From Syntrophales bacterium (GTDB lineage: Bacteria > Desulfobacterota > Syntrophia > Syntrophales > UBA2210), in the NCBI GenBank assembly GCA_963662405.2, contig CAXXKT010000001.1, positions 2,336,001-2,400,000 of the forward strand: 64,000 nt of DNA, in the 5' to 3' direction. The position numbers were made by a program, and so were the translations under genes. Position 1 is the stretch's first letter. Each line of letters opens with the position of its first letter. Below are positions 39,458 through 49,819 of the stretch, one piece after another. The notes under the pieces are model-generated. The model ran no database searches. It was not told the DNA's origin and saw only the letters and a program-made list of their open reading frames with translations.

Positions 39458-40630
39458 ATGGGAAAGGGTGAGATCATAAGCCATATAGGAGGCGGACAGT
39501 ACAACGTCAAGCTCCTCCTACACCGGGATAATATAGCGGTCATGATTGCCAATCTGGAAACTCAGAACGAAGCCATAGAGGACCGGATCGCCGCCCTTGA
39601 TCCCGAAGTTGAGGACTATGAGGCAAGGTTGGCCGAACTGAATATACAGAAGCTTTCTCTCGAAAAGAAAAAATCATACCTCGAAAACAACATGCCCGAA
39701 GATCCGACTGTCGAAGCATGGTGCGCGGATTATACGACTGACCTTTCCGGGGAAGTGGGAACGATCGAGGTTCCGGGAGAGCGGGGGGAGGTCCTGATAC
39801 AACCGGGATATGGTGGCAACGCGGCTTACAATCAAGCGAGGGACGGGAGACTGCAACCGTCGATTGCGTCCCGGAGCGCGGCTGCAACCTTCTACAATCT
39901 GGCTTTGCTTCCGGGGTGGCAGAAGTGGAAACCGACCTATCGGTTCGGTACGGTAACCGGGATATCATTGACAACCCAACTCGTCAGCGTCGCGGTGGGG
40001 GAGGTTGCGAGTTCGCAACAAGGGCTGGGAATAAATCAGACGTATGTCATATATGCCCCCGTACATTATATGGTCTTTGGCGTTGGGGTGTTCTCCGTGG
40101 GGGATAAGGTCGTTGTCGAATTTCAGGACCAAGACTGGACAAAACCTCGTATAATCGGGTTTCGAGATCATCCTAAGATGGTGTGGGAACCGTGGCACAG
40201 ATCAATCACCGCATTCCATGATTGGGAAATCGAAAATGTCAGTGAAGGCGGGTCATCATCGGTTATCCTAGACACCTCCGGCGACGACCATTATCTAAAG
40301 GCTCGAACAGTTGGTCTGGCATTGTCGTTTGTTGGCGTAGAGATCGATCCACCTATATCTCCGTCAACCCTGATCATCAAGATATCAACATGGTACTCAC
40401 TGGGCGGCGATGAGAAGTACTGTGGTCTCATGGTACATGGGGAGACAGATACGCACGTTTTTTTCTTTTTAGGCGGGTGGGGTGGCAATCCCGCATATCA
40501 TTCAGTGGGAGACCACGGCGGTGAGGAGTTCGAAATAGACTTAGATGCTTATGGCGTGGGGGCTATATCGGGTCTAACAATGATTAATAGTTGCACTTCT
40601 TATGATTGGTATTACTTGGACTTGGTTTGA
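39458..40630 (+). CDS. Tail tip/spike protein, putative
   Basis: Coiled coil; WQKWKPTYRFG; FSVGDKVVVEF..QDW..PRIIGF OB-like segment. Confidence 0.6.
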   Translation: MGKGEIISHIGGGQYNVKLLLHRDNIAVMIANLETQNEAIEDRIAALDPEVEDYEARLAELNIQKLSLEKKKSYLENNMPEDPTVEAWCADYTTDLSGEVGTIEVPGERGEVLIQPGYGGNAAYNQARDGRLQPSIASRSAAATFYNLALLPGWQKWKPTYRFGTVTGISLTTQLVSVAVGEVASSQQGLGINQTYVIYAPVHYMVFGVGVFSVGDKVVVEFQDQDWTKPRIIGFRDHPKMVWEPWHRSITAFHDWEIENVSEGGSSSVILDTSGDDHYLKARTVGLALSFVGVEIDPPISPSTLIIKISTWYSLGGDEKYCGLMVHGETDTHVFFFLGGWGGNPAYHSVGDHGGEEFEIDLDAYGVGAISGLTMINSCTSYDWYYLDLV

Positions 40631-40638
40631 GAGGCAAA

Positions 40639-41115
40639 ATGCACAGATCAGCAAAGATACTGAGTCCGGTTGACTACCCGAACTTTCCCGAGTTTGACGG
40701 GATGGACCTCTCGCGCGTAGACGCAGGATTGATCCTTGCAATCCAAAAACTCAGGACCGCCTCGGGTGTCTCGATGATTCCCTCTCCTGCCTCGGGAGCG
40801 TGGGCCCGGCTGTCCGGGAGTAAAAGGTCGAGACATTACGCGCGAGGTCGATTGTCAGACGCAGGCGATCTCTTCCCGGCGCGAGGTCGGATTCTGGATG
40901 TATGGCTTCAGGCCGTGCAGATGCCGTGTTTCGGCGGGATCGGGATATATACGGACACAAACGGGCCGGACGGGAAACCATGGCCGATGATCCACCTGGA
41001 TCTGAGAGAGAACCGGGTCCTGTGGGGACGCGATACCGTGGAAGGAGAACAAACCTATGAGTACTTCCCGGATGGCCGGTTTTGGAGAATCGTCAAAAAA
41101 TGTATAGGAGAATGA
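40639..41115 (+). CDS. Endolysin, M15-like Zn peptidase
   Basis: SRH...D, GIGIY, IHLDLR. Confidence 0.75.
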   Translation: MHRSAKILSPVDYPNFPEFDGMDLSRVDAGLILAIQKLRTASGVSMIPSPASGAWARLSGSKRSRHYARGRLSDAGDLFPARGRILDVWLQAVQMPCFGGIGIYTDTNGPDGKPWPMIHLDLRENRVLWGRDTVEGEQTYEYFPDGRFWRIVKKCIGE

Positions 41116-41118
41116 GAC

Positions 41119-41631
41119 ATGTCAAGGTTTCTGACTGAGCATGAATACCGCAATATCGATAACGTGTATGTCTCGCTGACAACGCCCCTCATCTATCAGA
41201 GTGATGTGCTCAAAGCATATCAGAGGGATGTGCTCAAACAGATGGATGCAACCGGAACGGTTGAAGCCCCGGTAGGGCTCGTTCACGATCTTGAAAGTGT
41301 TCCGCGATACGTCAAAACCAAGTACGGGTGGCTCACGAAAATAATCAATCTGCTTTTCTCCCCGATCCTGGCCGGCATCTTCTGGCTCCTGGCGAACACG
41401 TCAAAACGTGGGGGGACGATTCATGATTGTGGGTATCGGAAGGATTTCATGCCGGAGATCCCAAAGGAAATTTGGGATTTGGTTTATCTTGAAATCATGG
41501 AACTGCGTGAAAACAAGCAATGGGCTCGGGAAGTCAAATACAAGGCCGTTGACTGGTTCGGGAAAGGCAGCTTTGGTGTGTATAGCGTCAATGCGACGTA
41601 TGAGGAGATAACAGGTAAAGAGGAGAAATAG
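41119..41631 (+). CDS. DUF1353 family protein
   Basis: DLESVPR, IHDCGYR, YKAVDWFG. Confidence 0.8.
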   Translation: MSRFLTEHEYRNIDNVYVSLTTPLIYQSDVLKAYQRDVLKQMDATGTVEAPVGLVHDLESVPRYVKTKYGWLTKIINLLFSPILAGIFWLLANTSKRGGTIHDCGYRKDFMPEIPKEIWDLVYLEIMELRENKQWAREVKYKAVDWFGKGSFGVYSVNATYEEITGKEEK

Positions 41632-41651
41632 CAGCGAAAGGAGCCCCGAAA

Positions 41652-41996
41652 ATGAGCGAACAAATGCAGGAAATGGCGTCACAGAACGAGGCCGGGACCA
41701 CAAAGATCACCGTGGGAATATGGGGTGTCATATGCTTGATAATCCTGGGGGTGGTTGGGCTATACGGGCTTTCCGCCAAGCATGGGGCCGCACTGTCTCA
41801 GCATGAATCGGAGATCGGCAACATCAAAAAAAATGTTGCTGATAATATCGTCTGGATCAAGGAATCGCTTGAGCGGGTCGAGACTCAACAGCAACGGATC
41901 GATACAAAAATGGACCGGCTGATTACAGGGGGGTTGAGTGATTCAATCGCTGGCAGAAGAGTTCCGCCGTATCGAAGCCGAGACCCCACTGATTAG
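41652..41996 (+). CDS. Single-TM coiled-coil protein (holin/lysis accessory, putative)
   Basis: One TM plus coiled coil; last gene of the late operon. Confidence 0.5.
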   Translation: MSEQMQEMASQNEAGTTKITVGIWGVICLIILGVVGLYGLSAKHGAALSQHESEIGNIKKNVADNIVWIKESLERVETQQQRIDTKMDRLITGGLSDSIAGRRVPPYRSRDPTD

Positions 41997-42019
41997 CTTC
42001 GGGGTTATTCCTCCTGATG

Positions 42020-42057
42020 GGTGGCCTTTTCTGTTTTTTGAGAGGGCCACCTTTTTT
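42020..42057 (+). terminator. Intrinsic terminator ending the late operon
   Basis: GGTGGCC...GGCCACC followed by a T run. Confidence 0.65.
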
Positions 42058-42464
42058 ATGTGGGCATTTCTTAAAATGCAGTCATTTTGTAGTCAAATAT
42101 CGAAGATTCGGTCGAAGTAAAACAGTTATTGTGTTACAGGAAAAGGAAAGCCTGTATCAAGAGTGGTCAGGGGGGTGTGCTGCGCATGGTATTATTCAGT
42201 ACAAACACACTTTGGGTGACGAAGAAACGCCAGAAAATCCACATCCCGAAAAGCCCCGTCCTTTGGTTGGGAATTCAATTATTCTCGAGTGGAGATAAGA
42301 CACACAACTGCCAAGAATGGTGCTGTTGTCTGACAAAGAATTGACAAAAAATTTTGATATTCAGGGCGATATTTACGATCTATGTTACAAATGAGACACA
42401 CATAAAGTATATTAGTAACAATAGGTTACGATTATCATTATAATTTAGCTAAACAATACACAAA

Positions 42465-42511
42465 GACTCATATCCGTAGTGTCCGGGGTTCAATTCCCTG
42501 CACCGCCACCA
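42465..42511 (+). other. attR: 3' half of tRNA-Met(CAT), not a complete tRNA
   Basis: CTCATAT anticodon loop, GGTTCAATTCC T-arm and CACCGCCACCA end; D-arm and 5' acceptor strand are absent. Confidence 0.88.
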
Positions 42512-42518
42512 TGAATAT

Positions 42519-42556
42519 AAGGACTTAGGAGAAATCCTAAGTCCTTTTCGTTTTTC
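42519..42556 (+). terminator. Native tRNA terminator
   Basis: AAGGACTTAGGA-GAAA-TCCTAAGTCCTT followed by T-rich sequence. Confidence 0.8.
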
Positions 42557-42805
42557 GTGGCATTTTGGTCCGCGAGAATATCATCAAGGATGCCGACAGT
42601 GGTCCGTTGGGTAATTCTTTAAGGTACCGGTAAAAGGCTTTTTCTCTGCTAGAGGTGGTGTGCGCTGCTGAAGGGGTTATGTGAACCAGCGCCGCTCCCA
42701 GCGCTGGCAGTAACGAATACACGAAATCAGGGAATGAAATTGTGCCGGATGAAAACCCCCCCGCCTTTTCAGGATCGGGGGTTTTTTTTCTCTATGATCC
42801 GGCTG

Positions 42806-43066
42806 TTACCAGAGTTCCTTTTTTTGTCGTTCCATGTTGAGCTTCGCTTCCCCGTAGAGCCTCCAGATGCACAGGCCGATGGCGAGGAAGAAGAGGCCGA
42901 ACATGAACCCAGGTTCGGTATTGAACCGGGTATCGATCCAGCGGCCGACATAGAGGAACAAAAACGAGGAGGCGACGATCACGAACCCCCATACGCTGAT
43001 CTGCAATATCTGAGTCAGGTTCGATCTCCAGTTTATCGAACTATGGTGGTGATGTGTGATGATCAT
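42806..43066 (-). CDS. AtpZ/AtpI-family small membrane protein
   Basis: YVGRWIDTRFNTEP.F...FLAI two-TM signature; AGGAGG RBS. Confidence 0.75.
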   Translation of the reverse strand: MIITHHHHSSINWRSNLTQILQISVWGFVIVASSFLFLYVGRWIDTRFNTEPGFMFGLFFLAIGLCIWRLYGEAKLNMERQKKELW

Positions 43067-43101
43067 TGCTTGTGTCCTCCTTTCCTATATTCTTACACCT
43101 T

Positions 43102-43377
43102 CTAGCTGACGAGATTCTTGAGCGCACCCACGACCGGTGCCGTGAAGAGGGCCACCAGGACGGCGTAGAGCGCGAAGGAACCGACCGCTTCGCTGAGGTA
43201 CAGTTTCGAGTACTTGTGCTTCAGAGAGGTGATGATCAGCCCGCCGACGATGAGGCAGCCGAGATGGAAGTAGGGAAAGCCCGCCGCGTTGGTTGCGGTA
43301 TATTCGGCATAGCCGAAGGAAGCGGTGACGAGGACCACGAAGGCCGCCATGATGATTGTCTGTACAGTTCGTTTCAT
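43102..43377 (-). CDS. Small membrane protein
   Basis: Signal/TM segments; AGGAGG RBS. Confidence 0.75.
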   Translation of the reverse strand: MKRTVQTIIMAAFVVLVTASFGYAEYTATNAAGFPYFHLGCLIVGGLIITSLKHKYSKLYLSEAVGSFALYAVLVALFTAPVVGALKNLVS

Positions 43378-43435
43378 GATTATATCCTCCTTTTGTTGTT
43401 CCTGTTTCTTTCTCGTTTTCTTACCCTTTTATTAA

Positions 43436-43451
43436 TGAAAGAACCGTGCCA
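43436..43451 (-). promoter_or_regulatory. Possible variant sigma54 promoter
   Basis: TGGCACG-N4-TTTCA; the -12 element is non-canonical. Confidence 0.4.
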
Positions 43452-43763
43452 TTTTGATGAATACCGTTCAAAATAGTCGTAACATACCGGATGTACGGGT
43501 TTTATCGAGGCGGGTAAGTCGAGGGAGGCGGACGCATCAGCCCCCAAAGGCGGGGTCGATTCAAAGAAACATCCAATCCGATTGAATGAAGTGTTCAGAA
43601 AAGAAGGAATGCGAAAGAAAAATGTATTAAGGGCCTTTATCCGGAGATATCTTTTTTGATCAATGAAAATACGTGATGACCATGTGCTCAATACCGGCGA
43701 TACAAGCATTTCACGTGTGGCGGTTTGGTCCTCCAAGTAGACCTGTCCCGGGGGAAGGGTGGG

Positions 43764-45089
43764 TCACTTGTCCCGGGAGAGCTTTTTTCGTGTGAGCAGG
43801 GTGACGACGAGGCATCCGATTGTTACGGCAAGACAAAGGGAAAAGGCGTTTTGATAACCCTCGGGCGCATATGTGCCGTTGACCCGTCCCACGCCGTCAA
43901 GGATGGCACCCGTCCAGACCTGAAAAACGGCGATTCCCAGCATCGGGAACGGGTTCAGAAGGCCCAGGGTGAGGCCGAGGACGGACACGGGGGTCGATTC
44001 GCGGATCAGCGTCCAGAGTATGGTGAACAGCCCGCCTGCCGCACAGCCGATAACGAACATCACGATCATAACGGCACCTATCCCGCCGGGAGTACGGCTG
44101 AGGGTCAACCAGCTCCACATACCGGTCGTAACGATAAGAAGATCGATAAAGAGTGTTATCTTGTTGCGGAACCGTCTTCCAAGCCATCCCCAGAGGGGCG
44201 AGCCCATGATAAACCCGAGAGGAATCAGCAGGTTAATCTTGCTTGCAGAGGCAAGTGGGATTCCGAATCGCGATATGAGATAGGGGGTGGCCCACAGGCC
44301 CTGAAGGGTCAGGATCGTGCCGACAATGCCGAAGAGAAGCGTGCCGTAAACCCAGAAGTGAACGGATGTCAGTACCGCTATAATCGAAGGTGGTGATTCA
44401 CGGGACGACGGGTCTTCAGATGTGCCGAGGAGGGCAGCCGGTGACGAAACCAGCGTATGGTCGCGGGTCAGAAAGAAGGCCGCCAGTGATAGGATGACGG
44501 TTATCCCGGCAATAAGATGAAAGCTGAACCGCCAGCCGCAAGCCACCGCCATCCAGACGAGGGGGGTCGTCGCGACGAGGGCTCCCAGGTTCCCGGCCCC
44601 GAGGAAAAGACCGGTCATCGTGGAAAACTCCTTCGTCTCGAACCATTGCGATATGGCCTTGAGGGCCGGAACATAAACGCCCCCAACGCCGAACCCGATG
44701 ATGGCCCGCCCGAAAGACGCCCAGCCGATCGTGGGGGCAAGACCGAAAACGATGCAGCCGAAAGCAGCCGTCAGTGTCCAGAGGGAAATCACCCGTCGCG
44801 GACCGAGGCGGTCGCTCAGATAGCCGACCAGGGGCTGTTCGAAGGCGTAGACATAAAAATACATGGAAGACATGAAGCCAAGGGCGGTAGCGTCCGTCTG
44901 AAATGCTGTCAAGAGGTCCGGGGCGATAACCGATGTGGATACCCGGTGGAAATAGACGAGGAAATATATCGAGGCGATAATGCCAAAGACGACCCAGCGG
45001 TGCACATCGGGCGTTTCCGGTATCGGTTTGGTTTCCCCGGCGGAAGAACAATGCTTGCAAGACCCTTGAGGCATCTGAGGGATATCCAT
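43764..45089 (-). CDS. MFS transporter
   Basis: GYLSDRLGPRR motif A; about 12 TMs; likely start 45089. Confidence 0.92.
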   Translation of the reverse strand: MDIPQMPQGSCKHCSSAGETKPIPETPDVHRWVVFGIIASIYFLVYFHRVSTSVIAPDLLTAFQTDATALGFMSSMYFYVYAFEQPLVGYLSDRLGPRRVISLWTLTAAFGCIVFGLAPTIGWASFGRAIIGFGVGGVYVPALKAISQWFETKEFSTMTGLFLGAGNLGALVATTPLVWMAVACGWRFSFHLIAGITVILSLAAFFLTRDHTLVSSPAALLGTSEDPSSRESPPSIIAVLTSVHFWVYGTLLFGIVGTILTLQGLWATPYLISRFGIPLASASKINLLIPLGFIMGSPLWGWLGRRFRNKITLFIDLLIVTTGMWSWLTLSRTPGGIGAVMIVMFVIGCAAGGLFTILWTLIRESTPVSVLGLTLGLLNPFPMLGIAVFQVWTGAILDGVGRVNGTYAPEGYQNAFSLCLAVTIGCLVVTLLTRKKLSRDK

Positions 45090-45436
45090 CCTTTCAGGAA
45101 ATCGGATAACGGCCGCAATGACTCCCGGGCCGATCATGCGGGAGAGAAAAAGGAGGCGACTATATACCAGCACCCGGGCGATGTCAAACAGGGATACCTG
45201 GCATGCCTTCTTTTGAAGAAGAGCTGGCGTACGGTGCTTACCCGCCCTTGCGGTAACGACTATATCCCCGAATCCTCGAGTATTATAATCACGGTATACT
45301 CGGTCTCGGGGAGTCTTGACAGGAGCGAGGGTGAAAGGCATGATAGAGATATCTCAGGGGAAGTATCCTCCTCACGGAAATCAGTGGGAGTAAGGAAATC
45401 ATGAAGGAAGTCACCACATATTATTGAGAGATAAAC

Positions 45437-45518
45437 TGATCTTCCCCCGAAATAATAGACACCAAGTTAAGCTGCCATAGGCAGCCTGCCAAAATCAACA
45501 GGAGAAACATATCCTAAT
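45437..45518 (-). pseudogene. Right-end remnant of an IS3-family element
   Basis: TGATCTTCCCCCGAAATAATAGACACC IR resembles the one at 51974; the minus strand encodes GYVSPVDF...AA*, a typical OrfB C-terminus. Confidence 0.7.
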
Positions 45519-45590
45519 TAGGGTTTCCTGAAAAAAGCAATATTTCTCATTTTACCGTAAAGTTACCCGTGATACTGGTTGTGCCAAGCA

Positions 45591-47195
45591 TCAACAGCAA
45601 CACCTCTGATCAGGCCTGAAGGTCACCAGATGATGATATAATGGCACTTCAACAGTGAGAATCGCCCTATATTGCCGCTGAAGAGATTGCTCACACAGAA
45701 AAAAGATACAAAGAAGCGGAGAAAGAGCCGCCTTGAGCAGCTTCTCCAGGTTCATGACCAGGATGGTCAGGGTAATCACCGTAGCACTGGTGTCTGCCAG
45801 TTTTGCCATGATACGGTTAAGACCAAATCGCCGTTTCCCCTGGCCGAACTTCCCTTCCACCGAAATGCGATCCAACTCGTCTTGCCTGGTTAGTTGCTGG
45901 ACCGCCTTCATCTCTTCCTGGTTCTCCGGGGTCTTTGTACGGGGACGACCCAGCGGTGGCCCTGATAAACGAATCCCGTATTTCCGGCAATATCGCCGGT
46001 TCTCGCGATTCCGGTATATCGCATCCACGTGGACCGATTCAGGATAGGTACCGAACCTCGTATGATACCGATCAATGATGTCCTTCAGGTCAATCCCTTC
46101 GTTGAAGTTGTCCCAGCTGATACGCTCGGTAAAGGCATAGCCCCGGACAAGACTGATAGATACCTTGGCCCCGAACTCCGTTTCCGCAGTTACCTTCCCC
46201 CGTTTGATCGGACGGAGGTACGGCTGGGAGATGCTGATGATCCGATCGTCAATCCGATGGGTCTTGCTCTCGTACATGGCCTTCTGTTGCCGGTAGACCT
46301 CATGGATGACCAGTAGATCACGATAGTGACGGGGGGAGAGTACCGAAAGAGATACCTGCTCCGCCAAGGTGTCAATGTGTCCCAGGTCTCGACGGAGGTA
46401 TCGCAGTTGTTGCCCAATGGCTTTGCGTATCTTCTTGTGTCCGGGTCTCTTGGCTTTTGCTACGGCCAGGTAGTCCTTGCGGGCTTTCTTCCGGTAGGTC
46501 CGCGGCTTGGGTGCCCGGTCCGTACGGGCGCCATGGAGGGTGTCGATGATCTTCTCAGCCTTCTCCCTCGCTTTGTTCAAGAGGTTCAGATCGGTGGGGT
46601 AGGCAACATCCGGCGGGGTGCAGGTGGCATCAACGATCAGCTTGCCCTGGTTCTTTACCTTGGGTTCTTTTGATTGTGCCGATTCATTGCTCCGATCGGA
46701 ACTGCCGCCTCCCGGTGGGGGATCATCGGATGAATGTTCTTTTGAGGTCTTGTCCATATCTTCCCGAATCCGGGCGGCGGCTATCGCCTCATTGATCCGA
46801 TCAACCGCCTCGGCGGGAAAACGCCTGCGAAAATAGACCATCTGGGACGGATCAAAGGGGGCATCCTTCTGGAAGTCCCGCAACCCAATGAAGTACTGGA
46901 GATAGGGGTTCTCCGTGATCTGGGCCACGGTCTCTTCATCGCTCAGTCGCAATCGCTCCTTGATCAACAGGGAACCGAAGGCCATCCGGGCCGAATGGGC
47001 CGGGGCTCCATAATCACAACTCAATTGTGACGTATAGATCTCTTCCACCATCTCCCATGGAATCAATGTGGATAAGATGACCCACCGGTTGTCTCCCCGT
47101 AAATGTCCCCTGAAGGGCAGATTGAACTCCTCGAATGAAAGTTGCCTCACATTGTGTCTATACATCGTCCCATCCACGTGCACGGTTTTTGGCAC
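45591..47195 (-). mobile_element. IS5-family transposase gene; one IR near 45519-45536, the other not found
   Basis: DNRWV..IPW, ENPYLQYF, IVDATC, EFGAK, VEGKFGQGKRRFG. Confidence 0.88.
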
Positions 47196-47267
47196 CTATC
47201 GATCATTTTTCGGGCACCAATTACATAAAATATACACGTAACACCTTGTATTGTCAAGATAAATGAC

Positions 47268-48541
47268 AGAGGTGGTCCGGTTTCTTTGGACAGGTAACAG
47301 GGATTTATAAGTGGGAAGTTGCCCTGGGTTTGTGTTCATGCCGCAGCCTGTCCCTGTGGTAGTGATTCAAAATAAACCATAGCCGGTGTCTTTCTGTCAA
47401 AAGTATTGTGCCACCGTTTCTCGTTGTAGAACTGAAAATAGTCGGTAAGCCCCTTCTTCAACTCTTTCATTGAACCGTATGCCTTCAGATAGATATCTTC
47501 GTACTTGACGCTCTTCCAGAGCCGTTCGATGAAGACATTGTCCATCCATCGTCCCTGACCGTCCATGCTGATAGAGATATCATGAGAGCGAAGGACATCG
47601 ATGAATGCCTGTGAGGTAAACTGACTGCCCTGATCGGTATTGAAGATAGCCGGGCGCCCATACGTGGTGAGTGCTTCTTCAAGCGCATCCACACAAAACG
47701 CACTGTCCAACGTATTCGACAACCGCCAGGAGAGGACCATCCGACTCGCCCAGTCCATAACGGCTACCAGATAACAGAACCCTCGTTCCATGGGAATATA
47801 CGTGATATCGGCAGACCATACGTGGTTGGGACGGATGATATCAAGTCCCCGTAACAGATACGGATATATCGGGTGCTGGGGATGCTTTATCGATAATCTC
47901 GGCTTGATGTGCAACGCCTCGATCCCCATGCGACGCATCAACCGACGTACCTTATCACGTCCGATATCATACCCTCTCTGCCACAGCTCATTGCGAATCT
48001 TCCGACTCCCATAGAAGGGATACTGAAGATGAATCTCATCAATCTGACGCATCAGCTCCAGATCCTTCGCGCTGACCGGAACCGGAGAGTAATAAACACT
48101 CGATCGGGACAGCTCCAAGAGTTCGCATTGACGGGTTATGGGCACACTCTTTTCTCTCTTGATCATCGCTTTGCGCTCGTTCCGTTGATGCGACCGAGCG
48201 CATGTGATAAAAAATCATTCTCCATCGATAACTGTCCGATCTTGGCGTGAAGTTCTTTTACATCCGGACCCTGGTTGTCCTTATGACCCTTGCCAAATAC
48301 GTCCGATGCGTGATCCATCAACTGCTTCTTCCATGTGGTGATCTGGTTCGGGTGTACCTGATACCGCTCGGCAAGCTCAACGATCGTCTGGTCCCCTTTC
48401 AGTGCCTCCAATGCCACCTTCGCCTTGAAGGACGGTGCATGGTTCCTCCGCGGTCTCTTGCTCATATCTCTTTCCTCCTTACGTCCACTATAGAGCAACT
48501 TTCCCACTTATGCACCTGTCCAAATTTGCCCGACCAGCTCT
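47268..48541 (-). mobile_element. IS3-family insertion sequence, copy 2 (OrfB 47336-48166, OrfA 48163-48465)
   Basis: Near-identical to 4680-5953; flanks GAC/GCT show no target duplication. Confidence 0.93.
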
Positions 48542-48967
48542 GCTAACACTTCTTAAGAGATATCAACGACCAATTCAATATGCAAATTGAGAACTTTCTC
48601 TTACAGTACCTCGGCTACCTTATCTACTCTCAATCAGCACCTCAACACAATCCGAAAAATGGCCTAGTCACGGGGTTTCTTTATTCTGTCAAAAAGTAGA
48701 CCACTGCTTCATCCTTGTGATGCTTTGGTAAGGTTTTGGCATACGAAGAGCCTCTCTTGCTTTGGTTATTAATCTTCATTCCTTCTTCATGGTACAGGTA
48801 GTCATAGAAAACAGCACACCGTCAAGGCTCAAAAGATCAAAATTTCCCTCCTTACATCTTAACTCAGGAAAGGGCACTTTTAGCCGCGACGCTGGAGGTG
48901 AAGAAGAGAATGCTCATCGCCAGACCCTACAAGCACATTCTATCAACTCAACATCAACCGATTTTGT

Positions 48968-49819
48968 CTAGACACGTTTGAGCCGGATGAATCTCGAGAC
49001 ACCGACCACCACCAGGTAGACGGCGCCGGCCAGCACGATGGTGGTAGCGCCTGCCGGCAGATCAGGTCCGTAACTAAAGAAAAGACCAAAGCATGTCAAT
49101 AGGGCGGTGAGGATCGCGGAAAAGGCCATCATCTGCCAGAGTCTCTTGGCAAAATGTCCGGCCACTGCCACCGGCAAGGTGAGGAGTGCGATGACCATTA
49201 CAATTCCCACCACAGTGACGAGCAGAACTACGGTGAGTGCGGTAAGACAGAGAAGCAACAAATAGTAGAATTCCACATGGATGCCCCTGATCCGGGCGAA
49301 TTCTTCGTCGAAGCACACCGCGAGCAGCTGATTGTAGAAGAGGAGGGCTGCTGCCAGGATCACAATGTCCAGCGCGGCGATAAGCCAGAGGTCATGGGGG
49401 GAGACCATCAGGATATTTCCGAAAAGGTAGCTTGTGAGGTCCTCGTTGTATCCCGGTGTCTTGAAAATGAAGAGAATGCCGACCGCCATGCCGATTGCCC
49501 ACACCGCACCGATGACCGTATCCTCTCTCTGCCTTGTGCTCCAGAGGCTTACCAACCCGATAACAAGGGCGGATAACAGGGCGGCTGCAACCGCTCCGTA
49601 CAGAGGGTTAAGCCATGCCCAGCCGAAAACGGTCTGGCAATACCGGGCCGCTCCCAGCCCGGCCAGCACACTGTGGGCGATCCCGCCCGCAATATAGGTA
49701 ATGCGCCGGGTAACCACATAACTGCCGACAACGCCGCAGGCGATGCCGGCCAGAATTCCCGTCAAAAGGGCATACTGAAGGAACGTTTGCTGCTGCAGGG
49801 CAGCGATAAATTCAGCCAT
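48968..49819 (-). CDS. znuB: Zn/Mn ABC transporter permease
   Basis: IAHSVLAG, YLFGNIL, FDEEFARIRG. Confidence 0.9.
   Translation of the reverse strand: MAEFIAALQQQTFLQYALLTGILAGIACGVVGSYVVTRRITYIAGGIAHSVLAGLGAARYCQTVFGWAWLNPLYGAVAAALLSALVIGLVSLWSTRQREDTVIGAVWAIGMAVGILFIFKTPGYNEDLTSYLFGNILMVSPHDLWLIAALDIVILAAALLFYNQLLAVCFDEEFARIRGIHVEFYYLLLLCLTALTVVLLVTVVGIVMVIALLTLPVAVAGHFAKRLWQMMAFSAILTALLTCFGLFFSYGPDLPAGATTIVLAGAVYLVVVGVSRFIRLKRV

Larger units (their letters stand above)
10635..42511. mobile_element. Siphovirus-type prophage integrated at tRNA-Met (left boundary not seen; may extend left past the window start)
   Basis: Complete integration, immunity, replication, packaging, head, tail and lysis gene order, ending at a tRNA 3' duplication. 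Confidence 0.92.

Noticed and set aside
37518..40630. Diversity-generating retroelement acting on tail genes
   Set aside because: No reverse transcriptase and no TR/VR repeat pair were seen.
42465..42511. Functional tRNA-Met gene
   Set aside because: Only the anticodon loop to CCA is present; the 5' half is missing, so it is treated as attR.
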